Below are positions 9,629-19,040 of a stretch of DNA of 64,000 nucleotides, piece after piece (the first letter of the stretch is position 1; each line of letters begins with the position of its first letter). This DNA comes from an uncultured Lachnospiraceae bacterium (GTDB lineage Bacteria; Bacillota; Clostridia; Oscillospirales; CAG-272), in contig CAZGHD010000001.1 in NCBI GenBank assembly GCA_964525525.1, positions 5,288 to 69,287 of the forward strand, given 5' to 3'. A program made the translations under genes and the position numbers. A model generated the notes under the pieces. It did no database searches and was not told the origin of the DNA. It saw nothing but the letters and a program-made list of their open reading frames with translations.

Positions 9629-10303
9629 TTACAGCAGTTTTTCAAGCTCGTTAAGCGATTTGATCTCGTAGTCGGGTACCGTGTCTTTGCAGTCAGCACC
9701 GTGCGGATTAAACCACACGGTGACAATTCCCGCGTTCTTTCCGCCTTTAATATCGGACGAAAGACTGTCTCCGATTATCAAAGATTCCTCGCGTTTGAAA
9801 TCTTCTATATTCTCAAAACAGAAATCAAAAAATTCCGCGCTCGGCTTGGTGTGCCCTATTTCCTGCGAGATGAATATGCCGTCAAAATATTTTGCAATAT
9901 CCGCGCATTTTATTCTGCTGCGCTGTACGTGCGAGTGTCCGTTTGATACGACGTACATACGGTACTTGCCGCAAAGTCTGTTTAACAGGTCAATCGCGCC
10001 GTCGATGAAAAAGCACTCAAGAGACAGCTTGCTCTCGTAGTATTCTCCCGCCGCGCGAGGATCTCTGTCCACGCCTATCGCCTCAAAGAAAAGGCTGTAT
10101 CTGCGTAGTCTTACCTCGTCGCGGGTGAGTTTGCCGAGCTCAAGCAGTTTCCACTGCTCGGCGTTGATACGGCTGTACGTAGATATGTTTTCATCGGTAG
10201 GCTCAATGTCCAGGTGAATGAGAGTTTTGGTGAGCGCCGCACGCTCGGATTTTTTGAAATCGAGCAGGGTGTCGTCAAGATCGAAAAGAATGTTTTTTAT
10301 CAT
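9629..10303 (-). CDS. HAD-IA hydrolase (YjjG-like nucleotidase/phosphatase)
   Basis: DLDDTLLDF motif I, VVSNG motif II, GDSLSSD motif IV. Confidence 0.8.
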   Translation of the reverse strand: MIKNILFDLDDTLLDFKKSERAALTKTLIHLDIEPTDENISTYSRINAEQWKLLELGKLTRDEVRLRRYSLFFEAIGVDRDPRAAGEYYESKLSLECFFIDGAIDLLNRLCGKYRMYVVSNGHSHVQRSRIKCADIAKYFDGIFISQEIGHTKPSAEFFDFCFENIEDFKREESLIIGDSLSSDIKGGKNAGIVTVWFNPHGADCKDTVPDYEIKSLNELEKLL

Positions 10304-11049
10304 CAGAGTGCGTTCGCTTCCTTGATTTTAAGATATTCCGCGAAGTATCTGTGTCCGAACTCGCGCAGAGATACCGAGTTGAAATGGATCCCGTCTTCCT
10401 TGAGTGTAAGATCCTCGGCACTTACAACGGCGCAAAGCGGAAGCTCTGCCGCTATCTCTGCAAAAATGCCGTTCATACGGAAAAACTTATTAAGATCGTA
10501 CTTTTCGGGATCGCGGGTAGTAGCGAGCTCGCCGATAAGCACCGGCACGTTCTGCGCGCCGAGCTGTTCTCTCATCTCGGTCATCATACGGATAAAGCGC
10601 TCTTTGTAGGTCGGCCACGATTCGTCACGTCCGCAGTCAGCCTCACCCTGATGCCAGATTATGCATTTGAGTTCGGACGTGCGCTTAGCAAGCTTGGTCA
10701 TAGCTACCGCGTGATCGAAAAGGAGCTCGCCCGGCATCCACTGTTCAAGTCTCGTGCCGCCGTCAGCGCACGGGATAAGTCCGACCGGCGCGTTTATGTG
10801 GTTGGCAAAATCGTCCGCAAAGCTTGCCGCAAGGCTGATACCGCTTTTATACTTGCCTACGAACATTGATCTGTCGGTATTTATCGGCTCGCGCATACGC
10901 TGCCATCTTGCCATACGGAGCATATAGCAGTTTTCGTTTTCTATCGGCTCAACGTCGCCTATATCTCCTCTGCCCGCCATGTTTGACTGGCCTATCATAA
11001 GTACGCTACTGACAAGTTTGTCAACACTGTTAAGTCCGTCGTTTATCAT
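10303..11049 (-). CDS. SASA/DUF303-type SGNH esterase (sialate O-acetylesterase-like)
   Basis: GQSNMAGRG nucleophile block near the N-terminus. Its stop overlaps the downstream HAD start as ATGA. Confidence 0.7.
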   Translation of the reverse strand: MINDGLNSVDKLVSSVLMIGQSNMAGRGDIGDVEPIENENCYMLRMARWQRMREPINTDRSMFVGKYKSGISLAASFADDFANHINAPVGLIPCADGGTRLEQWMPGELLFDHAVAMTKLAKRTSELKCIIWHQGEADCGRDESWPTYKERFIRMMTEMREQLGAQNVPVLIGELATTRDPEKYDLNKFFRMNGIFAEIAAELPLCAVVSAEDLTLKEDGIHFNSVSLREFGHRYFAEYLKIKEANAL

Positions 11050-11054
11050 TTCTG

Positions 11055-11867
11055 TTATTTCCTTTCGGGAATTATAAATTTATCGCTTTCCTTGAGTCCC
11101 AGTTCGTCACGTATCAGCTCAAATCTTGCTTTTGCTATCGCGAGCGTGGCAGGCTTATGCGCGTCACTGCCGAAATAGAATTTTGCGCCGCACTCTTTTG
11201 CTATCCTGTACGGGCGGAGCATACGCTCTCTTTCCTCGGGAGTGTGGGTCTCGTAGCCTCCGATGTTAAGCTCAACGCCTACGCCCTTTTTTGCTATTTT
11301 GCCGAACAGATATTTGTACGTATCGTCCTCTATCATATCGTAAAAGGTTATTTCGTCCATGTCAAGTCCGCGTTTGCCGAGGCTGCAGGTAATATGTGCG
11401 ATACCCATCTTTTCAAAAGGAAGATCCATATCAAGCAGCTTGTCAATACGGTTTACGTAAGTTTCTTTTCTTACCTCTACCGAGTCGTATCCCTCTTCCG
11501 ATATGGTAAACCCTCGCATATGCATATGGGTCGTAGAGATGATTATAAAGTCGAATTTATCCATCGTCTCGGGGCGGATACCCAAGTTCATATCCTTGTC
11601 GAGGTCTGTCTCGCAGCCGAAAAGCAGTTTTACATTTTCACTCTGCGGAAGCGGTAGCCAGGAGGATACGTGCTCGAAATCCTGTCCGGGATAAAATCCC
11701 GATTCGTTATAAAACGGGCCGTCCCACATATGGTCGGTCAGACAGAGAGTGGTGAATCCGTTTTCTTCTCCGTATTTGAGAATGTTTTCAGGGGTCTGAT
11801 CTTTGTTCTTCGAGCAATAGGAGAGCTGCGTGTGAATGTGGAAGTCGTGGTCGATTACGTATTTCAT
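11055..11867 (-). CDS. PHP-domain metal-dependent phosphoesterase
   Basis: DFHIHTQLSYCS motif and a later GSDAH motif. Start moved to the internal ATG at 11867 (RBS AAGGAAAAA), because the longer ORF start at 11945 overlaps the upstream gene. Confidence 0.75.
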   Translation of the reverse strand: MKYVIDHDFHIHTQLSYCSKNKDQTPENILKYGEENGFTTLCLTDHMWDGPFYNESGFYPGQDFEHVSSWLPLPQSENVKLLFGCETDLDKDMNLGIRPETMDKFDFIIISTTHMHMRGFTISEEGYDSVEVRKETYVNRIDKLLDMDLPFEKMGIAHITCSLGKRGLDMDEITFYDMIEDDTYKYLFGKIAKKGVGVELNIGGYETHTPEERERMLRPYRIAKECGAKFYFGSDAHKPATLAIAKARFELIRDELGLKESDKFIIPERK

Positions 11868-11883
11868 ATCTGTTTTTCCTTGA

Positions 11884-12726
11884 TTACGCTTCTTTCGGAT
11901 AAGCCTTGTAAAGATGTACGATGTTGAGGTCTTCGGGCATATCAAGTCCGTGAGAGCCGCAGCCGCCGTCTATTTCGTGGCAGCCGTGATCCATCGCAAA
12001 GCCGACGAGAGTATCGTGGCTCTTCCAGTATCTTTCTATAAGCACGCTGAACTCACCGAATGCGGCTGAATTTGCCTTCAGCTCGGAAAGAGCGTGATGA
12101 TGCTCGGGGCCGACTTTGTGCATTCTTGAGTCGAAATTTCCGTTGTAAACTACGATAAAGTCGTACTTATCTTCTATTATTGTCTGAACGACTTTTGCGT
12201 TTGCTTCTTCGATGGTGTTGTATACGAAGTAGTCCATGTTGCGCTCAAGGAATATTTTTGCAAGGCTGCAACCCACCTCCTGCGCGATGATAACGCATTT
12301 TTTACCTGCGCGGATGAGCGCGTCAAATATAGTGTCTATCGTGATAACGGGCTTGGTGTATTTTCTGATGCCGTGAACTTCCGGCTGAGCTCCGGTGTAC
12401 ATAGTGCCGAAGCAAACGGGAGTTACCGACGGCATAACGGTACGGAAGGGAAGCTCAATATCGGTGCGCTCTATCGCCTCACGCATAAGGTGAGGATAGG
12501 TGCGGTATACCCACTCGCCGATAGCGTCGGGATTGTACATAAAAATTCTGTCTGCTTTTCTGCCCTCGAACATACGGTCAACGTATTCGACCAGCTTCTC
12601 TGAGGGGTCTGCCGCGAACTCAGGGCGGTCAACGCCGATTGCGTAGGCAAGTGCGGCGCACAGAGTATCAAGAGAGTTTTCGTTAAGTGTATCTTTTACA
12701 GTGGTGTTGAATTCTTCGAGATTCAT
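11884..12726 (-). CDS. Alkaline-phosphatase-superfamily protein (nucleotide pyrophosphatase/phosphodiesterase-like)
   Basis: MPSVTPVCFGTMYTGAQPEVHGI resembles the NPP nucleophile block. C-terminal metal-ligand-like DHGCHE..GSHG. Confidence 0.55.
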   Translation of the reverse strand: MNLEEFNTTVKDTLNENSLDTLCAALAYAIGVDRPEFAADPSEKLVEYVDRMFEGRKADRIFMYNPDAIGEWVYRTYPHLMREAIERTDIELPFRTVMPSVTPVCFGTMYTGAQPEVHGIRKYTKPVITIDTIFDALIRAGKKCVIIAQEVGCSLAKIFLERNMDYFVYNTIEEANAKVVQTIIEDKYDFIVVYNGNFDSRMHKVGPEHHHALSELKANSAAFGEFSVLIERYWKSHDTLVGFAMDHGCHEIDGGCGSHGLDMPEDLNIVHLYKAYPKEA

Positions 12727-12744
12727 TTTTTATCTCCTTGTTTG

Positions 12745-13566
12745 CTAAAAATTTATTTTATGAGGTTTTCTTCTTTCGTAGTAATAATATCCGTCAAAAC
12801 CGAGTTCCTTTAGCCTCTCTGATGCGGTTTTGAAATTACGCGCGATGTCTTTTGATGAATGAGCGTCGCTTCCGACGGTTATCTTTTCTCCGCCGAGGGC
12901 TCTGTAACGCGCGAGAATATCGTAGTCGGGAATCGCGTGCATCTCGCCGTCCTCTGCTACAAGTCCGTGAGTATTTACTTCAAGCGAGATTCCGCGTTCT
13001 ATAATACGGCGCAGTATTTTTTCTATCTTGTCGTCAAGACGGGATACGTCAAATCCCATACCGTACTTTCCGTTTATATATCTGAGCGGGCAGGTAAGAT
13101 GTGCGAACGAGTCCATATCGCTTTTGTCGATGTTGTCATAAGCCTGATCAAAATACAGCCCGAGATATTCCTCAATCTCGCCATCCGTCATCTTGTCAAA
13201 CTCCATATGGGCGTATGCGCGGGTGGTACCGTCCCGATAGTCAACGTGATGTATCGCGCCGAGGATGAAGTCAAATTCGGTCAGCGACAGCAGTATCTCC
13301 GCATAATCCAGGCGAAACAAATATTCACCCAGCTCTATTCCGCAGAGAATTTTTATCCTGTCACCGTACTTTTCGCGCGCGGCAGCAACGTCCGAGATAA
13401 GCGAAACTATTCTCGGATGAATTCCGCTTGTTATGTACGTGTGAGTATTTGCGTGGTCGGTTATCGCGACTCCGCGCAGTCCCAGGTCGATGGCGGTCTC
13501 GCATATTTCGCTGACAGTTTGCTTACCGTCAACCGAATTGTTTGAATGTATGTGGCTGTCAAACAT
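12745..13566 (-). CDS. PHP-domain histidinol-phosphatase-family protein
   Basis: MFDSHIHSNNSVDG start, then AITDH and GSDAHS motifs. Confidence 0.8.
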   Translation of the reverse strand: MFDSHIHSNNSVDGKQTVSEICETAIDLGLRGVAITDHANTHTYITSGIHPRIVSLISDVAAAREKYGDRIKILCGIELGEYLFRLDYAEILLSLTEFDFILGAIHHVDYRDGTTRAYAHMEFDKMTDGEIEEYLGLYFDQAYDNIDKSDMDSFAHLTCPLRYINGKYGMGFDVSRLDDKIEKILRRIIERGISLEVNTHGLVAEDGEMHAIPDYDILARYRALGGEKITVGSDAHSSKDIARNFKTASERLKELGFDGYYYYERRKPHKINF

Positions 13567-15189
13567 TTATTTGTTGCGTTCCTTGTGATTTTTTACAGTT
13601 TGTGAGATCAAGTTATAGTCGTTTGTCAGAATGGTATCTATCCCCATGTCAAGGAAATGCTCGGCTTCCTCCGGATCATCGGACCAGAATACGTTGCATA
13701 TGATTCCATGTTCGTGCGCCTTGTCTATCATTGCTTGATTGAAACACGGCTTAAATAATTGGAGCTTTTTGCATTCGTATTTTATTGCGCGTTCAACTAT
13801 ACCCCACTTGTCCTTTCCGCCTCCGCAACAGCGTACAATATCGGGAGCGACCTCGCGCATAAGAGCGAGGAGATTATCGTTTCCGCTCATAAAATAAACG
13901 TATTTTTCACAGTCGTATTTGCGTATCAGTGCGACTATCTTTTGGAGTGTCGTACGATCGTATTCCACATCGTTGTTTACGGTTTTTACGTGAATATTCA
14001 TGATCGTGTGGCAGGCAAATTTCTTTAGTATATCTTCGAAACGGAGTATCTTGAGACCTTTGAATTTTTCTCCGCGCTTTACGCCGAAGTCGTATTGAAA
14101 AAGCTCCTCATAGGTGTATTCGTATACTTTACCCGTACCGTCTGAAACACGGTCAAGAGTTGCATCGTGCAGAGATACAATCTCACCGTCTTTTGTATAC
14201 CAGAGGTCAAATTCTATCTCCTCTGCTCCGAGCGCGATTGCCGCGCCGAATGCGGGCATACTGTTCTCGGGCGCTACGGTGTTGAAACCGCGGTGAGCGC
14301 ACACGCGGGGATATTCCATCAGCCCGTCGTGCTTTACTATTGCGCTTCCGGCGGGACGGTATTTATAGGGACGGCGTCCTTTTTCAATATATTCGTAATG
14401 TGCTGACGGCGGATTACCGAACCCTGCCGGTTTAAAGTATTTATCTTTTATGTTTATTTCTACAGTTTCGATACCGACGCGGCTACCCATGCTCATAAGT
14501 ATCTTTCCGTCAGGAGACGCAACCAGGCTCGCTCCGCCGATGTCTGATGACTCGTCCATTGAGACCGACGAACGGAGAACATATGCATTCGTGTTGTAAG
14601 CAAGGAACGCGCTCATTAGCTCAAGTGCGCGGTGTGTATCACTGCGCTGATGTGAGCATCCGATGATAACGTCCACGTTCATTCTTGCTATATTCGGAAA
14701 CATCTCGTAAAAATAGAAGTCATAGCAGGTGAGAAATGCGAATCTGATTCCTTCCATTTCTACGACATAAGGCTCGGAATGTTCAAACGAGTATCCGCTG
14801 TCAAGCTGAATGTTCGAAACCTCACCCGGTGTAAGGTGCTGTTTGTCGTACCTGCCGACTATCTCGCCGTCTCGGTTTATCGCGTAGGTGGTGTTGCGGC
14901 GCGAGTCTCCGTGATAACTCGATGCATTTATAAACAGCATAGCGTTGCATCTTTTTGCAGTAGCACGAGCCGTATCAAGCAGCTTTTTGTTGTACTTTTC
15001 CGCGCTTGCGTCTGCGTCTTTCTTGGTCTTCGCAAGGCAAGGAACGTCGCATGACTCGGGACAAACTATAATATCTGCGGTTTCGTCACACTGTTCAAAT
15101 AGTTCAAACTCTTTTTCAAAATATTCGTCTGACAGAGAATAATCTGTTGAATATTTAGGCTGAATGATAAACACCTTCAAAGCAATCAC
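13567..15189 (-). CDS. Fusion protein: N-terminal carbon-nitrogen hydrolase (nitrilase superfamily) and C-terminal glycerophosphodiester phosphodiesterase (GDPD)
   Basis: The N-terminal half shows the CN-hydrolase pattern (..ADIIVCPE.., ..FLTCYD..). The C-terminal half has VCAHRGFNTVAPENSMPAF..EIEFDLWYTKDGEIVSLHD, typical of GDPD. The exact start is uncertain: the GTG at 15189 abuts the RBS, and TTG/GTG codons 9-15 nt downstream are more likely. Confidence 0.8.
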   Translation of the reverse strand: MIALKVFIIQPKYSTDYSLSDEYFEKEFELFEQCDETADIIVCPESCDVPCLAKTKKDADASAEKYNKKLLDTARATAKRCNAMLFINASSYHGDSRRNTTYAINRDGEIVGRYDKQHLTPGEVSNIQLDSGYSFEHSEPYVVEMEGIRFAFLTCYDFYFYEMFPNIARMNVDVIIGCSHQRSDTHRALELMSAFLAYNTNAYVLRSSVSMDESSDIGGASLVASPDGKILMSMGSRVGIETVEINIKDKYFKPAGFGNPPSAHYEYIEKGRRPYKYRPAGSAIVKHDGLMEYPRVCAHRGFNTVAPENSMPAFGAAIALGAEEIEFDLWYTKDGEIVSLHDATLDRVSDGTGKVYEYTYEELFQYDFGVKRGEKFKGLKILRFEDILKKFACHTIMNIHVKTVNNDVEYDRTTLQKIVALIRKYDCEKYVYFMSGNDNLLALMREVAPDIVRCCGGGKDKWGIVERAIKYECKKLQLFKPCFNQAMIDKAHEHGIICNVFWSDDPEEAEHFLDMGIDTILTNDYNLISQTVKNHKERNK

Positions 15190-15201
15190 CTCTTACGTTA
15201 A

Positions 15202-15230
15202 ATTATATCACTTTATAAGATTTATTGCAA
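15202..15230 (-). promoter_or_regulatory. Near-consensus sigma-A promoter for the 15.2-to-7.0 kb operon
   Basis: On the minus strand: TTGCAA, a 17-nt spacer, then TATAAT. It lies just downstream of a terminator and about 15 nt upstream of the RBS. Confidence 0.55.
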
Positions 15231-15234
15231 GTAA

Positions 15235-15258
15235 AAAAGGGAGGCTTACCTCCCTTTT
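15235..15258 (-). terminator. Intrinsic terminator after the alpha/beta hydrolase gene
   Basis: 10-bp stem AAAAGGGAGG/CCTCCCTTTT with a 4-nt loop. A T-run follows on the minus strand. Confidence 0.65.
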
Positions 15259-15268
15259 ATAAAGTAAA

Positions 15269-16270
15269 TTATTTAAAAAGCTCGTCAAACACCGGCCACG
15301 AGAGGTCGGCGTAAAATCTGTGTCCCTCGGGACCTACTACCTGACGGCACGCGTCGGGTGCACCTGCGGCGGCGTAGATGGGCTTAACTACCTCCTCAAA
15401 GCCACGGCGTGCGGAATCAATATCCGCAATCGCGTCAGATAGACCCGAAACTATTATAAGCGGTCTCGGTGCGATTGTTATCGCAATATCCGGCAAGTCA
15501 AACCACTTGAGAAAATCCGGAATAAATCCGCATACGCAGTGGTTGTATTTTAAGAAAGAAGTTTTGAACTCTCCGAAAAAGCAGGACGGCATAACCGTAG
15601 TAACTCGTGTGTCCATACACGCAACGTAATATGAGGTAGTACCTCCCGCAGAGTTACCCATAAGTCCGAGTCGGCTGTGGTCAAGGCAGTCAAACTCCGC
15701 GATAGCGTCGATAAGGCGGGATACGTCGAAAACTCTCTCTCCGAGCAGAGTGCGTCCTACCGCAAGAGCCTGCATCGCGGGCATATTACACATACGGTTG
15801 CTCGGTATGTCAGACGTTTGCTCGCCGAATCCGCGCTGTTCCATTATTACCGCCGCGTATCCGCGAGAGACAGCCTGAATCGCAAAATCGCGGTCGCCTT
15901 TTACCTCTGCGGTCTCTTTTGAACCTATTTCGGTGCGTGCAAGGGAAACGTGCATTCCCGCGGTGTGGCCCTGAAGGCAGATGACGGCAGGAGTACGCTC
16001 GCCGCGGTTTTTCGGGAGAATGAGATGCGCGGGAACGAAGAAATCCGGCTCGCTTTCAAATTTGAATCTTATCTCATCGTATCTCGGGTCACTTGAGTCC
16101 TCCCATTCGATAATGGGCGTAGGATTTGTAAGTTTTCGCGGCATTCTGAGCAGTTCGCACAGCTTTTCGCGCACGGCGGTCTGCTGAACGGCAAAATCTT
16201 TTTTCGGATTGTACGCAAGCACAGGCTTCATATTTTCCGCGATTGACATTTTAAGCTCGCTTATGTTCAT
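15269..16270 (-). CDS. Alpha/beta hydrolase (esterase-like)
   Basis: GNSAGG nucleophile elbow, with downstream Asp and His candidates. No signal peptide. Confidence 0.7.
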   Translation of the reverse strand: MNISELKMSIAENMKPVLAYNPKKDFAVQQTAVREKLCELLRMPRKLTNPTPIIEWEDSSDPRYDEIRFKFESEPDFFVPAHLILPKNRGERTPAVICLQGHTAGMHVSLARTEIGSKETAEVKGDRDFAIQAVSRGYAAVIMEQRGFGEQTSDIPSNRMCNMPAMQALAVGRTLLGERVFDVSRLIDAIAEFDCLDHSRLGLMGNSAGGTTSYYVACMDTRVTTVMPSCFFGEFKTSFLKYNHCVCGFIPDFLKWFDLPDIAITIAPRPLIIVSGLSDAIADIDSARRGFEEVVKPIYAAAGAPDACRQVVGPEGHRFYADLSWPVFDELFK

Positions 16271-16291
16271 TTTTTCTCTCCTTTTGGCTTT

Positions 16292-17644
16292 TTATTTACA
16301 GATTATTTCGCCGATGCTTCCGGCGGCGGTGGACGGCATATCGTCAAACAGGTGATCGAAAACGATCTCTCTGACGTACGGGGTAACGTCAGAGACACGC
16401 TCTCCGTTTACCGTAATGCCCTCGAAATACACTTTCTCGGTGTGAGATGAGAAATACGGGTCAAATATCTGCATATCCCCGTCGCGCACAGATTTCGGTC
16501 CTATGCACATAAGGTATGAGTAGGGATATTCGTCACGGTGGAGAATAAGGTCAATGTTCTTAAAATATATGTTCTTTGCGTTAAGTCCCAGCTCAAACGC
16601 GGCAATACTGCCGGCAATAGGATCGCTCTCAAGATACTCTCGCAGGAGATCTACAGGTCTGTTCAGGTCTACCTTTATGTCTTCGAAAATGATGTTGTTT
16701 CCGCTTCCGACCGAGACCTTTTCCGGCTTCTCGCCTACGCGGTATGCGGGGGCCTGGCAGTAGAGCTTGAAGGTGCTGACGTTCTCGATCCTTCTGAATA
16801 TGGCGTCCTCTATATAGCAGTCAACCTCACTGCCGTCGTCGTAAGTATAGATGCCCGGCTGGATTCTGATAGCGGGATAACCTTTGGTGAGGAAAAGATC
16901 CTCGCAGATTACCGTCTTTGCGGGGCCGAAGTTGACAGACGAGTTCTGCCAGTCAAACATATTGAAAGCTACAAGATCGTCCCCGACCTCGCCGCGGATA
17001 TTCTTGACGAACACGTTTTCCACGTTTCCGTTTATGTGCAGACCGTCCGCAAAGCAGGTGTCAAAAATTATGTTTTGCATATTAAGGTCGGTCGCGTCTC
17101 CGCACTGAACGGCAAATCCCGCGCAGTTTTTGAAGGTCATGTTCTTTAAGGTCAGGTGATCCATGTTATCAAAGAAGAACAGGGTGGAAACACCGAAAAA
17201 ACTGCGATCCTCGTCGTACATTCCGCTCTTACCGTAGCCGAGTCGGGTGGTCTGGCAGTCTGCCCAGATACCGCCTTCTATCGTGATGTTAGCATCTCTT
17301 ACGTCCGAGACTATCGGCGCGTGGGTTCCATCGTAGGTGTGCTCGTTACGGAACATAATGACTTTAGTGCTGTCAGCGAGGCGGATAAGTGCATCCTTGT
17401 CCGCAATTATTCGACGGTTTGAGGGAATAACAACCGTTCTGTCAATGAGGTAAGGCGTTTCTTTTGCGGGAATTATTACTACCTCGTGCTCGCGCAGAGC
17501 CGCTTCAAGCGCCTCCGTCCATATATCGCCGTTTGGCGCGTAGTCGGTCAGTTTAACTTCGTGTGAGAGCGTCTGAGCGAGTTTTTCGTTTCTTTTTATC
17601 ATGTCAGAGAGGGTTGATTCGATCTGCTTTTTGATGTTTTCCAT
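16292..17644 (-). CDS. Right-handed beta-helix (pectate-lyase-superfamily / GH28-like) protein, cytoplasmic
   Basis: N-terminal LTDYAPNGDIWTEALEAAL is like the Pectate_lyase_3 start. Repetitive N/G/D-rich coil pattern. No signal peptide. Confidence 0.55.
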   Translation of the reverse strand: MENIKKQIESTLSDMIKRNEKLAQTLSHEVKLTDYAPNGDIWTEALEAALREHEVVIIPAKETPYLIDRTVVIPSNRRIIADKDALIRLADSTKVIMFRNEHTYDGTHAPIVSDVRDANITIEGGIWADCQTTRLGYGKSGMYDEDRSFFGVSTLFFFDNMDHLTLKNMTFKNCAGFAVQCGDATDLNMQNIIFDTCFADGLHINGNVENVFVKNIRGEVGDDLVAFNMFDWQNSSVNFGPAKTVICEDLFLTKGYPAIRIQPGIYTYDDGSEVDCYIEDAIFRRIENVSTFKLYCQAPAYRVGEKPEKVSVGSGNNIIFEDIKVDLNRPVDLLREYLESDPIAGSIAAFELGLNAKNIYFKNIDLILHRDEYPYSYLMCIGPKSVRDGDMQIFDPYFSSHTEKVYFEGITVNGERVSDVTPYVREIVFDHLFDDMPSTAAGSIGEIICK

Positions 17645-17722
17645 AGCAATCTCCGATCGTATATTTTAATAAGCTTCACCGACGATTATAACACAACGCA
17701 CCGTCTCTGTCAAGAATAAGAA

Positions 17723-17749
17723 AAGGCTTTCTTTAGTAAAGAAAACCTT
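17723..17749 (-). terminator. Intrinsic terminator after the serpin gene
   Basis: Imperfect 12-bp hairpin AAGGCTTTCTTTA/TAAAGAAAACCTT, followed on the minus strand by a T-rich tract. Confidence 0.5.
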
Positions 17750-17764
17750 GATTCTATATTTTTG

Positions 17765-19024
17765 TCAGCCTATCTCTGTTACTGCGCCGATAAATATCGG
17801 GAGGGAGGTTGCGTTATCCACTATCGCATAAACGAACGGGCGGTCCAGCACTACTCTTTTTGTCTCTGCCATGGCGCCGTCCCGCATCTCCACTATGGTA
17901 GCCGCGCCTGCGCGGGTGCCGAGCTCATCAACCGAGATAAAAGTTTTGTGACGCACGTCGCCTATAAAGATGTTACCGCGGGAGGAACTGCCGAGCTTTG
18001 TGAAGTCAGCCGCGTTTCCGTCAAATGCGGTGGGCATTCCGAGGTCTTTGAGGATGTCACAGAGCGAAATGTCATAGTCGTATGAAAACTTTGGCAGGGA
18101 GGCGGAAAGATACGAATGTTCGGCGTTTTGAATAAGAGAAATAAACTTGTCGCCGTCAAGATTTTTGATATAGTCGTATATGTCAATTCCTTCGTTTGGT
18201 AAGAACGCTGCAAAGCTGTATTTACCGCCTTCGTAGTTCTTTATAAAACCAGTAGTTTGATCGTCGTGAATGTATGTTGATTCACCTGAGGTCATCATTT
18301 TTACTTTCTGCTTTTCGCCGTTATACGCAGTAAACGTTCCGTTTTGAATATCGTTTTTCTCGTACGTTTTCTGCCACTCGGCGTCAAACGTTACCGCGTT
18401 GATAAGATACATTACCGCGTATTCGTCTATTTCGTCAAGGATCTTATCTATCATTCCGTCGGTGTTGTTTTTTACCCAGTTGTTTATATCCTTTAAGGTC
18501 TGACGGTCAAACGGAGCTTTATACGCGTCGGCAGAGTAGTAGTCCGCATTTTTTTGAAGGAACTCTTTTTCTACCGTGAGTCTGTTCTCGTCATCACGGA
18601 ACCATATCGAGTTTGCTATCTCGAGCTTGTATTTTTCTTCACTGGGTAGATTTTTTACGTAGGAGTGAAGATATTCGTTCAGCTCTCCTATCGTTTTTTC
18701 GCCGCCGAGCAGGGCTTCCATTTCTTGCTTTGTCTGACCGTCTGCTCCGTTTGCCGTCATGGCGAGGGCGAGGATAACCGACAGAGGAGACACGAGCAGA
18801 CTTTCGGTTTCTCCGTTTGCTTTGCTTTCCGCGGCAGACGCTTTGAAAAGTTCTAAATACAGCTTTGCCTGCTGTGAAATGAAGTCACTGTCTGCAGCTT
18901 TTTCGGTGACGTTTTCGGGAGTTATGCCCTCCATCAGGTCAGCTGCTTGAACCTTGGTGCATCCGACGAGGTTAAGCGGCATTACAAGCGCGAGTAAAAG
19001 GCAGATCAACGTGATCGGTTTCAT
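17765..19024 (-). CDS. Serpin (serine protease inhibitor), lipoprotein
   Basis: Lipobox LVGC. Serpin blocks SPLSVILALAMTANGADGQT and NWV..T.G.I. Hinge/RCL region DELGTRAGAATIVEMRDGA..LDRPF. Confidence 0.85.
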   Translation of the reverse strand: MKPITLICLLLALVMPLNLVGCTKVQAADLMEGITPENVTEKAADSDFISQQAKLYLELFKASAAESKANGETESLLVSPLSVILALAMTANGADGQTKQEMEALLGGEKTIGELNEYLHSYVKNLPSEEKYKLEIANSIWFRDDENRLTVEKEFLQKNADYYSADAYKAPFDRQTLKDINNWVKNNTDGMIDKILDEIDEYAVMYLINAVTFDAEWQKTYEKNDIQNGTFTAYNGEKQKVKMMTSGESTYIHDDQTTGFIKNYEGGKYSFAAFLPNEGIDIYDYIKNLDGDKFISLIQNAEHSYLSASLPKFSYDYDISLCDILKDLGMPTAFDGNAADFTKLGSSSRGNIFIGDVRHKTFISVDELGTRAGAATIVEMRDGAMAETKRVVLDRPFVYAIVDNATSLPIFIGAVTEIG

Positions 19025-19040
19025 TGTTTTTCCTCCTTGA

